A stretch of 64,000 nt of DNA from an uncultured Erysipelotrichaceae bacterium (GCA_902767245.1 CACXGO010000029.1:31598-95597); one strand, 5' to 3'. Counted from the first letter of the stretch, positions 37,142 to 47,765 are shown. The notes: generated from the sequence alone by a model not told the origin. A program made the numbers and translations.

Positions 37142-37625
37142 TTATTAAACCCTCAATTTCTTTTATTTCAATACGTCCATTTTCCAAGTCAATTTTTGAA
37201 ACAAATTCCTTAATATTCGGTATCAAATTTTTCTTATCATCTAAAGTTATTACTAAAATATCATGAGCTTTATTCTTCATAATATATTCAACTTTTCCAA
37301 GGTATTTATCGCCACTATAAGCAGAAAGTCCAATTAAGTCTTCATTAAAATAACCTTTTATTTTTAAATCATCACGATTAATGTATACTTTATCACCTTT
37401 ATAAATTATTACATCATCAATAGAAGTTAAACCATCAAATGTAAGCATATCATATTCTTTATGAACACGATATGTATTTATAACAACTTCATCTTTTGAT
37501 CTACCAATATATAACTTAAAATTTTTTTTAAAAATTCTTTTTTTATATTCAAAATTGGAAATTAAACGAACTTCACCTTTTAAACCATGAGTGTTAACAA
37601 CATCTCCAATATATATATATTTCAT
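37131..37625 (-). CDS. rimM: 16S rRNA processing protein RimM
   Basis: [17 protein letters not shown]-terminal motif and PRC barrel. Confidence 0.8.
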   Translation of the reverse strand: MKYIYIGDVVNTHGLKGEVRLISNFEYKKRIFKKNFKLYIGRSKDEVVINTYRVHKEYDMLTFDGLTSIDDVIIYKGDKVYINRDDLKIKGYFNEDLIGLSAYSGDKYLGKVEYIMKNKAHDILVITLDDKKNLIPNIKEFVSKIDLENGRIEIKEIEGLINEN

Positions 37626-37633
37626 AAGAACAC

Positions 37634-38371
37634 CTACTTATCCAACTCATATAAAATAATACTTGCTGCAACCCCAACATTTAAGCTTTCACATTTTTGA
37701 TTCATATCAATATATAAAAATTCATCACAAATATTTAATAAAGAAGGTTTTACTCCCGTTCCTTCATTACCCATTATTATAGCAAATTTTTGACTCTTTT
37801 CAACACTTTTTAAGCTTTTTCCACCATTTACTTTTGTGGCATAAATCTTATAGTTGTTTTCTTTTAAAAATGGCAGAATTTCATCTATATTAACAATAAC
37901 TAAATTAATATGAAAAAGTAATCCCTGAGTTGCACGGATGACCTTTTCATTATATAAATCAACACTATCTTCACTTATAATAATTGTATCAATATTAAAA
38001 GCAACTGAACTTCTTATAATTGTTCCTAGATTTCCAGGATCTTGAATATTGTCTAAAACTAAAATTTTATTACCAGTAATTTCATCTTTTTTTTGCTCAC
38101 AAACACCAATAATTGTTGGAGTATTTAAGCTTGATAAATACTTTAATACCTTTAAAGAAACATTCATCACATCAACTTTTAAATCTATACTTGTATCTTC
38201 AAGTTTAATTATTTTTTTCAAATATCCTGTTTTGTATGCTTCTTCTATTAAATGCTCTCCTTCAATTAAAAAAAGACCGGATTGCTTACGATATTTTTTA
38301 TCTTTTAGTTTGGCAATTTCTTTTATTTTTTCATTTTCAATTGATGTATAAACCATATTATTCACAACCAC
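37634..38371 (-). CDS. TrmH/SpoU-family RNA 2'-O-methyltransferase (RlmB-like)
   Basis: N-terminal L30e-like domain plus SPOUT methylase motifs (DNIQDPGNLGTIIRS, IIMGNEGTG). Confidence 0.7.
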   Translation of the reverse strand: MVVNNMVYTSIENEKIKEIAKLKDKKYRKQSGLFLIEGEHLIEEAYKTGYLKKIIKLEDTSIDLKVDVMNVSLKVLKYLSSLNTPTIIGVCEQKKDEITGNKILVLDNIQDPGNLGTIIRSSVAFNIDTIIISEDSVDLYNEKVIRATQGLLFHINLVIVNIDEILPFLKENNYKIYATKVNGGKSLKSVEKSQKFAIIMGNEGTGVKPSLLNICDEFLYIDMNQKCESLNVGVAASIILYELDK

Positions 38372-39008
38372 TTCTTAAAACATTCATAATTTGATATGCA
38401 CCATTTGCTTTATATAAAACTCTAAAACTATTATTTGAAACTAATAAATCATTTAATTCTACTTTTTTAGTAAAGTTAGCATCATAATATTCTTTTACAA
38501 CATTTCCTGTATTTATTTTATAATTATCCGCTATTTCATTAAATTCAGATACTGATGAACCACAAAAATAAACAATTGGTGGAACTTCTAAAACCGGCGT
38601 TGATGCATTAAATTTTGTTTCATCTGTTTTTGTTCCAGTTGTTTCTAATACCTCATAAATATAATTTTTCTCTCTTTTTTGAATTCTTAAAAGCATATCA
38701 TTAGGTAATAATCTTTCATCTCTTGGATCTTTAATATCTAAAGAAACATAATTATTAATTTTTAAATGATATAAACTAACATATACATCATCATTAGTAT
38801 TTCTTATTTTATTATTTATTTCAATGATCGCATATTTCTTTAAAGATGCCTTTATTGAATCAATTTGGGCAATATATAAGTCATCTTTACCACTATTAAT
38901 TGAATTTTCAACAATTGGAATTACTACTATTCCCATAATGGTCAAAATCAAAATTACAGCCAAAAGTTCCATTAAAGTAAATGCATTCTTTTTCACTAAT
39001 ATCACCAT
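38358..39008 (-). CDS. Prepilin-type N-terminal cleavage/methylation domain protein (type IV pilin/pseudopilin-like)
   Basis: KKNAFTLMELLAVILILTIMGIVVIPIV matches the class III signal (xFTLxE plus a hydrophobic helix). Confidence 0.55.
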   Translation of the reverse strand: MVILVKKNAFTLMELLAVILILTIMGIVVIPIVENSINSGKDDLYIAQIDSIKASLKKYAIIEINNKIRNTNDDVYVSLYHLKINNYVSLDIKDPRDERLLPNDMLLRIQKREKNYIYEVLETTGTKTDETKFNASTPVLEVPPIVYFCGSSVSEFNEIADNYKINTGNVVKEYYDANFTKKVELNDLLVSNNSFRVLYKANGAYQIMNVLRSGCE

Positions 39009-39045
39009 TAATATAATATCATAAAAAAAATAAAAAAGATAGAAA

Positions 39046-39606
39046 TTAATTTCTATCTAATTTAAATACATTTATAATTGTTTTCATAATGATTTTGAAA
39101 TCATTTTTAAATGATAAATTATCATAATAAATAACATCATATTTAAGTTTTTCTTTATGAGTCAAATTTCTACACCCATTTGCTTGAGCTAATCCAGTCA
39201 TACCAGGGCGAACTAAATATCTTTTCGGGCTTATTTCACCAGCTGGTAAGTCATCTCCTGGAATAAATGGACGCGGCCCAACTAAAGACATATCACCTTT
39301 TAAAACATTAAAAAGTTGTGGGAGTTCATTTAATCTTGTACGATCAATTACACGTGAAACTTTAGTAAATTTATTTTTTAAATTTTTTGATTTCAATTTT
39401 TTGGTTCTAAATTTATACATTATAAATATTTTTTTATTCAAACCTTCACGTTCACGAATTTCATTATGAATTGGAAGACCCAAATCAATTAACACTATTA
39501 ATGCTATTATGATCATTAAAGGTGCTAGTACAATAATTAATATTAATGAAATGATAAAATCTAAAAGGCGTTTTATATATTTTTTATACATTATATCCAC
39601 ATCCAA
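39046..39606 (-). CDS. Polyprenyl-phosphate sugar phosphotransferase (bacterial sugar transferase family, small WbaP/CpsE C-terminal-domain type)
   Basis: N-terminal TM; conserved ...LNELPQLFNVLKGDMSLVGPRP... Confidence 0.7.
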   Translation of the reverse strand: MDVDIMYKKYIKRLLDFIISLILIIVLAPLMIIIALIVLIDLGLPIHNEIREREGLNKKIFIMYKFRTKKLKSKNLKNKFTKVSRVIDRTRLNELPQLFNVLKGDMSLVGPRPFIPGDDLPAGEISPKRYLVRPGMTGLAQANGCRNLTHKEKLKYDVIYYDNLSFKNDFKIIMKTIINVFKLDRN

Positions 39607-39624
39607 TTTAATTATAACACAAAG

Positions 39625-40449
39625 TTAAATGTTTTTTAAAACTTCAACGATTTCATTAATTGTATCTAAACTCGTGGAAGTTCCAGAAACAATTCCAACT
39701 TTACTATAATTTTTTAACTTTTCAATTTCCAACTCACTTTTATTTTCTACCCAAATAGTACCTTTTATACTTGAAGTGAGATCAAAAAGCTTTGATGTGT
39801 TGGAACTATCCTTACCACCAACTACAATTACAAAGTCAACATTACTCGCAATATTTAAAGCTTCTTTTTGTCTTTCTTCAGTGACCGGGCAAATGCAAGG
39901 AATAATCTCTACATATGATTTTGTTAATCTTTTTATTTTATTTACTAAAGATGCAAATTTTAAACTTGAAAATGTGGTCTGAGAAAAAATTGAAATTTTT
40001 TTACTATTATTTTTTAAAGTATTTTCAAGTTCAATTAAATCTTTTTCATCTTCAATAATAATATATTCATCTGCATATCCAATTGTACCAATTACTTCAG
40101 GATGTGTTTTTTTCCCAATTATAATAACTAGATTTTTCTTTCTTTCTGATACAAGTTTATGAACCTTAGCAACTTTTGGACAAGTTAAATCAATGACTTT
40201 AAGCTTTTTTTCATTTGCGCGTTTAATTATTTCCTTAGTTACCCCGTGAGCTCTAATAATTAGTTTAGCTTTGTCTGGAACTTCTTCAATATCATTAACA
40301 ATAGTCCCTTTTAATTTAGACATTGTTTCTTTATTATGAATTAGTTCACCTAAAAAATAAGTATTTTCATCCATCTCTTTTAAAGATTCGTTTATTGCTC
40401 TGGTAACACCAAAACAAAATCCAATATTTTTTGCAACAATAATTTCCAT
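39625..40449 (-). CDS. ispH: 4-hydroxy-3-methylbut-2-enyl diphosphate reductase
   Basis: GFCFGVTRAI, HNKET and Cys-ligand motifs of IspH/LytB. Confidence 0.9.
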   Translation of the reverse strand: MEIIVAKNIGFCFGVTRAINESLKEMDENTYFLGELIHNKETMSKLKGTIVNDIEEVPDKAKLIIRAHGVTKEIIKRANEKKLKVIDLTCPKVAKVHKLVSERKKNLVIIIGKKTHPEVIGTIGYADEYIIIEDEKDLIELENTLKNNSKKISIFSQTTFSSLKFASLVNKIKRLTKSYVEIIPCICPVTEERQKEALNIASNVDFVIVVGGKDSSNTSKLFDLTSSIKGTIWVENKSELEIEKLKNYSKVGIVSGTSTSLDTINEIVEVLKNI

Positions 40450-40456
40450 AATTCAC

Positions 40457-41653
40457 CTACACTACTTGAAAAATAAAAAACTTTAAATATTTTGTTTCAG
40501 GAATACCTAATACTTCAGGATGGTCTAATGAAGGTCCTGATACATATATTTGTTTTAATGTAACACCTGCTTTTAAAGAGGCTTCATATATAGCTTCTTT
40601 AAACAAATCTTCACTTGCAAAATGAGAACAAGATGCAGTTGCTAAGAAACCTCCTCTTGGTAATGCTTTCATAGCAAGATAATTTAATTCTTTATAACCT
40701 TTTAAGGCTGAATTAATTGTTTTTCTTGATTTTGTAAAAGCTGGAGGATCAAGAATAATAAAATCATACATTTTTTTACCTTGAATGCTTTCTAAATATT
40801 CAAAAACATCCATACATATTGTTTCAATTTTCATATTGTTTAAATCAAAATTAGTTTTTGAATCAACAAGTGCTTTTTCAGAAATATCTAGAGCAACAAC
40901 TTTTTTGGCACCACCAATATAAGCGTTCATTGCAAATGAACCAGTATGGGTACAGCAATCAAGTAAAGTCTTATTTTTTGAAATTTCTCTTATTTTTAGA
41001 CGATTATATTTTTGATCCAAAAAATATCCTGTTTTTTGACCATTTTCAATATCGACAATATATTTTAAGTTGTTTTCTTCAATTTCAATTTTTGTTGAAA
41101 TATCTAAATTATTATACCAACCTTTATATTCTTCCAGCCCTTCCAAAAGTCTTATTGAAACATCATTTCTTTCATAAATTCCTTTTATATTAATATTATC
41201 TTCTTTTAAAACTTCAATTAAAGCTTTAAAAATTAAATCTTTTCTAAGCTCTATTCCAAGTGATAATGTTTGTACTACTAAAACATCATTGAATTTATCA
41301 ACTGTAAGCCCAGGAAAGCCATCGGCTTCACCAAAAATAATACGGACTGAATTTAAGTCATTCATAACACTTTTTCGCATATTCCAAGCATATGAAACAC
41401 GCCTTTTAAAAAAATCATAATCAAATGTATCATTAGTATTTCTGCTTATTAAGCGAACTCTGATTTTAGAATTGCTATTATAAAAACCTGTCCCTAAATA
41501 CTTGCCTTTCATGTTTAAAACATCAACAATGTCGCCATTTTTTATATTTGAGTTTTCCTTAACTTCTTCACTATATATCCAAGGATGACCAAGTAAAATA
41601 CTATTTTCGGCTTTTTTAGTAACTTCTATTTTTTGAAATTCACGTTTTTTCAT
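40457..41653 (-). CDS. rlmI: Class I SAM-dependent 23S rRNA m5C methyltransferase (RlmI/YwbD family, PUA plus MTase)
   Basis: N-terminal PUA-like domain; SAM-binding LLDCCTHTGSF; DPPAF motif. Confidence 0.7.
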   Translation of the reverse strand: MKKREFQKIEVTKKAENSILLGHPWIYSEEVKENSNIKNGDIVDVLNMKGKYLGTGFYNSNSKIRVRLISRNTNDTFDYDFFKRRVSYAWNMRKSVMNDLNSVRIIFGEADGFPGLTVDKFNDVLVVQTLSLGIELRKDLIFKALIEVLKEDNINIKGIYERNDVSIRLLEGLEEYKGWYNNLDISTKIEIEENNLKYIVDIENGQKTGYFLDQKYNRLKIREISKNKTLLDCCTHTGSFAMNAYIGGAKKVVALDISEKALVDSKTNFDLNNMKIETICMDVFEYLESIQGKKMYDFIILDPPAFTKSRKTINSALKGYKELNYLAMKALPRGGFLATASCSHFASEDLFKEAIYEASLKAGVTLKQIYVSGPSLDHPEVLGIPETKYLKFFIFQVV

Positions 41654-41700
41654 ACTTTCACCAAAATTATTATATTAAAAAATAAAAAAACTAGCAAGTG

Positions 41701-42777
41701 CTAGTTTTTTGATGCGATATTTAGAACAATTCCAATTGAAAGCATTGATACAAGTAAACTTGAACCACCATATGAAAGAAATGGAAGTGTTACTCCTGTA
41801 ACTGGAATTAAGCCAATAACTACAAGTAAATTTATCATAGCTTGAAATCCCATTTGAAAACCAATTCCAAATGCTAAATATTTCTTAAATAAATCGTTTG
41901 TTTCTAAAGCAATTTTTATTATCTGATAAATTATTAAAGCAAATAAAATAACAATTAAAGCTCCACCCAAAAATCCTAGTTCTTCACAAATAATAGCAAA
42001 AATAAAATCTGTTTGTGGTTCTGGCAAATAAAAGTGTTTTTGAATTGAATTACCTAATCCTTTACCAAATAATCCGCCTGGTCCAATTGCATAAAGTGAT
42101 TGAATTATTTGAAACCCACTTCCTAAAGGATCAGACCAAGGATTTAAAAATGCAACTATTCGTGCCATTCTATAAGGTGCAACTACAATTAAGCCAATTA
42201 CTCCAACAATTCCAATCAAACCAATTTTTACAAAAAATGAAAAATCAGCACCTGATGCAAACAAAAGCCCAACAATACTCATTACTAATACAACTCCACT
42301 CCCAAAATCAGGTTGTAACATGATTAAAAAAAATGATATAAGAACGATTGTTAAAATTGGGAAAATTGTTTTAAAAGTATATTTTATATTATCTTGATTA
42401 TTGGCTAAATACTTTGCAGTAAAAATGAGGAGTATAATTTTCATTATTTCACTTGGTTGCAAACTAAATAATCCAAAATTAAACCAACTTTGGCTTCCAT
42501 TTCTAACTGTTCCTAAACCTGGAATTAATACTAAAATTAATAAGGCAAATCCTAAAAAGAGTAATTTATTTGCTTTTTTATAGTACAAATTAACATCAAT
42601 TTTACTTATAAAAATCATTAAAAAAACTCCAATTATAAAAAATAAACCTTGGTTTTTTAAATATTTTAAAGAATCATTATATTTATATTCGGCCCATATA
42701 TAGGATGATGAATAAATCATTATAAGCCCAATTAAAATTAAAATTATTACTAACCAAAGTAATTTCTTTTTTCTCAT
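41701..42777 (-). CDS. ftsW: FtsW/RodA/SpoVE-family peptidoglycan glycosyltransferase
   Basis: Ten-TM SEDS protein, likely starting at MRKKKLLWL right after the mraY stop. Position after mraY resembles spoVE/ftsW. Confidence 0.8.
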   Translation of the reverse strand: MRKKKLLWLVIILILIGLIMIYSSSYIWAEYKYNDSLKYLKNQGLFFIIGVFLMIFISKIDVNLYYKKANKLLFLGFALLILVLIPGLGTVRNGSQSWFNFGLFSLQPSEIMKIILLIFTAKYLANNQDNIKYTFKTIFPILTIVLISFFLIMLQPDFGSGVVLVMSIVGLLFASGADFSFFVKIGLIGIVGVIGLIVVAPYRMARIVAFLNPWSDPLGSGFQIIQSLYAIGPGGLFGKGLGNSIQKHFYLPEPQTDFIFAIICEELGFLGGALIVILFALIIYQIIKIALETNDLFKKYLAFGIGFQMGFQAMINLLVVIGLIPVTGVTLPFLSYGGSSLLVSMLSIGIVLNIASKN

Positions 42778-43766
42778 AAGAAAACTCCAAAGGAAACAGC
42801 AATTAAAGATGCAATAATCGCAACTATCCAAAATAATCTCACAATATCTTCTTCTTTCCAACCACTTTTTTCAAAAGAATGATGAATTGGAGTCATTTTA
42901 AACAATCGTTTTTTTGTTCTTTTGTAATATACTCTTTGAATAAGACATGATAATGTTTCAATAACAAAAACAATCCCAACTAAAACAAGTAAAAGTTCAT
43001 GTCTTGTAACTATAGAAGTAGCACCTAAAGTTGCACCTAGTGCAAGAGAACCAGTATCGCCCATAAATATTTTAGCAGGATGTGAATTAAAATATAGGAA
43101 ACCTAATACTCCGCCAGCTAAAATAAAAAGAAATATACCAATTGTTTCATTTCCACTTAACCAACTAGTATAATTGGCTAAAATTCCAAATGTAATTAAA
43201 GCAATAAAAGAAAGTCCACCCGCAAGTCCATCTAACCCATCAGTTAAATTAACTGCATTACTACTTGCAACTAGAACAAACATAATAAAAAATCCATATA
43301 AAAATCCGATATTTATTTTCACATTTAATGTATGAATCCATATAAGTGGTTCATTTCCTGCAAGTAAGAAAAGAGCAAAAAAGATCACTGCAACTAAAAT
43401 TTGCAAAAGCAATTTTTGTTTTTCAGTTAATCCTTGATTATCATGCCTTTTAATAATTAAATAATCATCTAAAAAGCCAATAAATGCATAACCAACAAAA
43501 GTGATTAAAACAATTGCAAGGTTATAAGTAAAAGTAATTTTACCAAATAGAGACATAATAATTAATGTAATAATACTTGAAAGTATAAAAATAAGTCCAC
43601 CTAAAGTTGGAGTTCCCTTTTTTTCATTATGTCTTTCTTCTAAATAAATACTTAAAGTTTGCTTGGCATTAAGTTTTTTTAACTTTGGTATTAACAAAAA
43701 TCCAATTATTAATGCAAAAATAAAGCTGATTAACATACCTAAAAAACATTTAAGTAATGAAATCAT
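42774..43766 (-). CDS. mraY: Phospho-N-acetylmuramoyl-pentapeptide transferase
   Basis: Conserved MraY motifs (GTPTLGG, NAVNLTDGLDGLA, DTGSLALG). Confidence 0.9.
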   Translation of the reverse strand: MISLLKCFLGMLISFIFALIIGFLLIPKLKKLNAKQTLSIYLEERHNEKKGTPTLGGLIFILSSIITLIIMSLFGKITFTYNLAIVLITFVGYAFIGFLDDYLIIKRHDNQGLTEKQKLLLQILVAVIFFALFLLAGNEPLIWIHTLNVKINIGFLYGFFIMFVLVASSNAVNLTDGLDGLAGGLSFIALITFGILANYTSWLSGNETIGIFLFILAGGVLGFLYFNSHPAKIFMGDTGSLALGATLGATSIVTRHELLLVLVGIVFVIETLSCLIQRVYYKRTKKRLFKMTPIHHSFEKSGWKEEDIVRLFWIVAIIASLIAVSFGVFL

Positions 43767-43894
43767 ATTATCACCAATAAATAATATGAAAAATTCTATT
43801 AATTATTGATAATAATTAATAGACATTTTAATCTAAAAACCATTTTTCTAATTATTGACACTCACCAATTTATAATATATAATTAAATTCGTGT

Positions 43895-43968
43895 AGGGGT
43901 ATAGTTTAATGGTAGAGCGGCGGTCTCCAAAACCGTTAATGTGGGTTCAACTCCTGCTACCCCTGCCA
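43895..43968 (+). tRNA. tRNA-Trp (anticodon CCA), CCA encoded
   Basis: AGGGGTATAGTTTAATGGTAGAGCGGCGGTCTCCAAAACCG...GGTTCAACTCC...TACCCCTGCCA, near-identical in architecture to Bacillus tRNA-Trp; anticodon loop CUCCAAA. Confidence 0.8.
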
Positions 43969-43978
43969 TTTAGAAATT

Positions 43979-44010
43979 AAAAGATTTAGGATTATTCCTA
44001 AATCTTTTTT
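43979..44010. terminator. Bidirectional terminator between tRNA-Trp and the GNAT gene
   Basis: AAAGATTTAGGA-ttatt-CCTAAATCTTTT hairpin flanked by A/T runs on both sides. Confidence 0.5.
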
Positions 44011-44013
44011 ATA

Positions 44014-44775
44014 TTATTTTATTAGTTTTTCAAATGCATTGGCATTTAAAATTGTATTTGAAACAAATTTCCCTTTATAAAAATTAGCCCAATTATTAAA
44101 TACGCATGGTGCATTCTTAGCTTTTTCTAATGAATCTATTTTAATAAAGTTTAACTTGATTCCTTTTTCTTTTGCATAATCAGATAATTCTTTTACTTCA
44201 TATTCTACATAAGGGCACTCATTAGAATAATAAATAGTAAAATCTTGGCTATCAATTTCCATTTTTCTAGCACTATCTTTAAACTTTGGTATTTCTTTGT
44301 CATCAAATTGTAGTGCCATTAATTCATAATCATTTATAGTATCAACAACTTTAAATCCATAATGCTCAAAGAATTTTTTGTCTCCAATAAATGGTTTCTT
44401 CTTTTGAGACACTAACGTACAAACACCACTCATTTTTTTCTTTTTAGCATCCTCAATTGCATACTCTAATAATTCCTTACCAATACCTTTTCCTTTAAAA
44501 CTTCCTGCTACCCATAAACAATAGATATATATATAGTTTTTTCCGTTGATGGGAACCCAAGCCGTTTCTATTGGTTCATATTCAATAAAGATTTTCCCTC
44601 TTGCATTTAGTTTTCTAAATACATGTCCATCCCTCAATTTGGTTTTAATCCATTCTTTCTTTTTATCTACACCTTCTTGATGTTTAGGATCACCAATTGC
44701 ACAACAAATGTGTTCTTCTTCAATGTTCTTCTCATCTAAATTAATGTACTCATTCATGTTAACAACTCCTAACAT
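44014..44775 (-). CDS. GNAT-family N-acetyltransferase with C-terminal YoaP-like domain
   Basis: GNAT core (GKGIGKELLEYAIEDAKK) and a C-terminal YYSNECPYV-containing domain. Confidence 0.6.
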   Translation of the reverse strand: MLGVVNMNEYINLDEKNIEEEHICCAIGDPKHQEGVDKKKEWIKTKLRDGHVFRKLNARGKIFIEYEPIETAWVPINGKNYIYIYCLWVAGSFKGKGIGKELLEYAIEDAKKKKMSGVCTLVSQKKKPFIGDKKFFEHYGFKVVDTINDYELMALQFDDKEIPKFKDSARKMEIDSQDFTIYYSNECPYVEYEVKELSDYAKEKGIKLNFIKIDSLEKAKNAPCVFNNWANFYKGKFVSNTILNANAFEKLIK

Positions 44776-44931
44776 AAATATTATACCACAACTTTTTATG
44801 CTTTTAATTGTTCGTGATTTGTTTTTTATTTTTGTGAATCATTTAGGTTCACTTCATATTTAGTTAGTTTTTTTTCCTAAATAATCTTTAATATTCATGT
44901 GTCATTTTTCATTAAAGTTATTATCTACTAT

Positions 44932-45558
44932 TTACATATCTATTTTACTGAATAGCTTAGCAATTTTTTCTTTGCTGAAAAATACTATTAATAATGAAAT
45001 TATTGTATAAACAAAAGCTAGAAGAACATCTTCAATTACATGTTGCTTTATAAATAATGTTGACAAAACAATTACTAATGAATACATAATAATTAAAACT
45101 TTACATTTAGAATTAATATTTCTAGATTTTGCTATATAAAAAGCGGTTATAAAACAATATACACAATGCATTGATGGTAAACAATTAAGTGGTGGATTAT
45201 CACTTTGATATGTAAAATTTAGAAGCCAATCGGTTATATTTTTTACTTCGACTGTTGGTCTTATAATCATACTTGGATAAATAATAAATGTTATTTGTGA
45301 TAATAAAGCCCCAATCAACATTGTCATAATTAAATATTTAAAAATTTTATTATCATATTTATATATTAAAAATGTAGTCAATATGATGAATGGATACCAT
45401 GAATCATAAACATATACAAATGACTTTACTAAAGGAATATCCACAATAGAATTAATTATATGATATCCGCTTGAAAAATGTTTGGTTAAATAATATAGGA
45501 GTGCTTGTGATCCCATTACAAAAATAATTAAAATAAAATACTTCTTATACTTCTTCAT
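44932..45558 (-). CDS. PAP2-family membrane phosphatase
   Basis: Multi-TM with PSMHCVY (PSGH-like) motif. Confidence 0.6.
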   Translation of the reverse strand: MKKYKKYFILIIFVMGSQALLYYLTKHFSSGYHIINSIVDIPLVKSFVYVYDSWYPFIILTTFLIYKYDNKIFKYLIMTMLIGALLSQITFIIYPSMIIRPTVEVKNITDWLLNFTYQSDNPPLNCLPSMHCVYCFITAFYIAKSRNINSKCKVLIIMYSLVIVLSTLFIKQHVIEDVLLAFVYTIISLLIVFFSKEKIAKLFSKIDM

Positions 45559-45595
45559 ACTATGATTATAACATATTTTAAAATAAAAAAAAGAT

Positions 45596-46405
45596 TTAAG
45601 AATTTTCTAAATCTTTTTCAGTTTTAACATTTATTGAACCTATCCCACCATTAATTTTAATAGTGTTAATACCATTACCAATTGTTGTATCATCTTTAAC
45701 ACTTTTTCCATTAAAATTAATGCTACCTATTCCTTTATTAAAAACTATCTTATAATCTTCTCCTAATAAAGATAATTTAATTGAACCAACTCCTGATTCA
45801 ATTTTACTATCACCAGTAATTTCAGCTTTAATTTCTAAATTACCAACACCAACTTCAATTTTAGCATCATTTAACTTACCAGCTTTAATAATAAGTTCTC
45901 CTGCGCCAGTTTCAATTTTAGCATTATTACTAGCAATCTTATTTATAGTTGTTTTGCCAGCTCCAAGCATTAGTTTTAAAGAGTCAGTTTCAAGAGATGC
46001 AATGCTTAGTTTACCTGCTCCTGTCTCAATTCTAACATCATCAAATTTTAAATCTTCTGGTACATATAAAATTACACTTGATAGTTTTGAATTAAAATAC
46101 CATCTTTTAGCTTTTTCTTCAATAATAATTTTATTCTCATTTTCACTTATTTTAATATCTTCACTATTAGATTCAACTTTTAATTTTTCACCTTTTTTTA
46201 TTTCTAAATTACTTGCAGATAATTTAATGTCTAAGTATGATGATAAACTATCTAATTCTTTAGTATTATATTTAGTGGATTCTTCTCTAATAAATGAACC
46301 AGTAATTCCTCTTCCTACATTTATAATTGTATTTATAACTGCAAAAATAATGAAAATTGCAAAAGCTATTGCTACATATTTAATTACTTTTTGAAAAGTT
46401 GTCAT
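45596..46405 (-). CDS. DUF4097 beta-repeat protein (LiaG-like), membrane-anchored
   Basis: N-terminal TM followed by repeated TGAGxLxI / GxGxIxI beta-solenoid repeats. Confidence 0.5.
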   Translation of the reverse strand: MTTFQKVIKYVAIAFAIFIIFAVINTIINVGRGITGSFIREESTKYNTKELDSLSSYLDIKLSASNLEIKKGEKLKVESNSEDIKISENENKIIIEEKAKRWYFNSKLSSVILYVPEDLKFDDVRIETGAGKLSIASLETDSLKLMLGAGKTTINKIASNNAKIETGAGELIIKAGKLNDAKIEVGVGNLEIKAEITGDSKIESGVGSIKLSLLGEDYKIVFNKGIGSINFNGKSVKDDTTIGNGINTIKINGGIGSINVKTEKDLENS

Positions 46406-47079
46406 TTTATTGTTACCCCACCAAATATTGAATTTGCATTAATATAAATTGTTTTAGCATCATTCTTAGCTTCAGGTTCTTTTTTATTTGATACTCCACC
46501 AAATATCGAATTTGATTTAATCTTTATTTTGACATTATCAGGAACAAAAATATCTATTCCACCAAAAACACTAGTTGCATTTATTACAACATCTTCTTTA
46601 ATTTCTGCTTTTCTTAAATCAAATTTGATGCCTCCAAAAACAGCATTTAAACTTGTACCTTTAAATTCATCATCTACTTTAATATCTTGACCAGAAAAAG
46701 TTGCAGCAAAGCTATTATTTTTATTTAACTTTTTATTTAGTTTATCGATGTTTTTATTTACTTCTTTATTAACTGTATTTTTAAATACCAATGATAAACC
46801 AATGATAATGATAATAATTGGTAAAAGTAATTCCCATATTATATCAAAGTCAATAATTTTACGGCAAGCTAAAAGTAAAAGTACACCGATCGTCAAAACA
46901 ATAAGATTTCCTTTTTTATCATCTTCAGTAATAAATCCAATTAAAGCTGGAATTATAATAAATAAAGTCCACCATCCTCTAAAAAAGATGTTTACATTAA
47001 ACAAATTTAATGCATTACCTCCTAAAATAACACCAATTGCAATTAAAACTAAACCCCAAACAATATTTCTAATTTTCAT
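46402..47079 (-). CDS. LiaF-like membrane protein (N-terminal TM segments plus C-terminal DUF2154 beta domain)
   Basis: TM region, then repeated SVFGGIDI / SIFGGV motifs typical of LiaF/YvqF. Confidence 0.5.
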   Translation of the reverse strand: MKIRNIVWGLVLIAIGVILGGNALNLFNVNIFFRGWWTLFIIIPALIGFITEDDKKGNLIVLTIGVLLLLACRKIIDFDIIWELLLPIIIIIIGLSLVFKNTVNKEVNKNIDKLNKKLNKNNSFAATFSGQDIKVDDEFKGTSLNAVFGGIKFDLRKAEIKEDVVINATSVFGGIDIFVPDNVKIKIKSNSIFGGVSNKKEPEAKNDAKTIYINANSIFGGVTIK

Positions 47080-47138
47080 ACATATATCTCCCTTCCAAAA
47101 TATTATAGCACAAAAAAAGACTTATCAATAAATAAGTC

Positions 47139-47765
47139 TTAAATATTTTTGCTTTTTATTGGCACCAAGGCTTCATAAAATAGTAAAGCTGTTTCTCCAG
47201 GAAACATATGAGCTACTTCAATATTTTTATTAAGTTCTTCAGGTGGTATTAAACGCCAATCAAGTTCAAACTTATTCTGACCTTTAGCAAGTGTAAATTC
47301 CCTTACAAATTCTCTAATTACTCTACCATTACCTTCTCTAAAAGGATGACAATAAATAAGATTTGTATATAAATAAGCTAAAGCATATGCAAAATCATAT
47401 TTTGTTTGACTCTGATCTAATTTTTTTCTTACTTCATCAAAAATATAATCTAAATAATCTGGAATAGTTTTATCATCTTTAATTGATAAAAAACTTCCCT
47501 TTTCTTTAATTATATTTACAAAACGATAATCTCCTGCAAAAGGATATATTTCACCAAAAACAAACTTGTGTAAAGCTTTCAAGTGTTCTTTATCAAAGCC
47601 CATTTCTAATGGTTTTTTATTAAGTTCAAGTAACTTCTCGAAAGTGATAGTTGCTTCTACCTCTTTTAATTTTTTTTGATCAGTTATCCCAAAATTATTA
47701 ATTAAGACGCTTGTTTCTGGATAAAAATATTTACTCCATAATATTTCATTTTCTTTGTCCGTCAT
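47139..47765 (-). CDS. fic: Fic/Doc-family protein (Fido domain)
   Basis: HPFREGNGRVIREF matches the Fic active-site motif HPFx[DE]GNGR. Confidence 0.8.
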   Translation of the reverse strand: MTDKENEILWSKYFYPETSVLINNFGITDQKKLKEVEATITFEKLLELNKKPLEMGFDKEHLKALHKFVFGEIYPFAGDYRFVNIIKEKGSFLSIKDDKTIPDYLDYIFDEVRKKLDQSQTKYDFAYALAYLYTNLIYCHPFREGNGRVIREFVREFTLAKGQNKFELDWRLIPPEELNKNIEVAHMFPGETALLFYEALVPIKSKNI

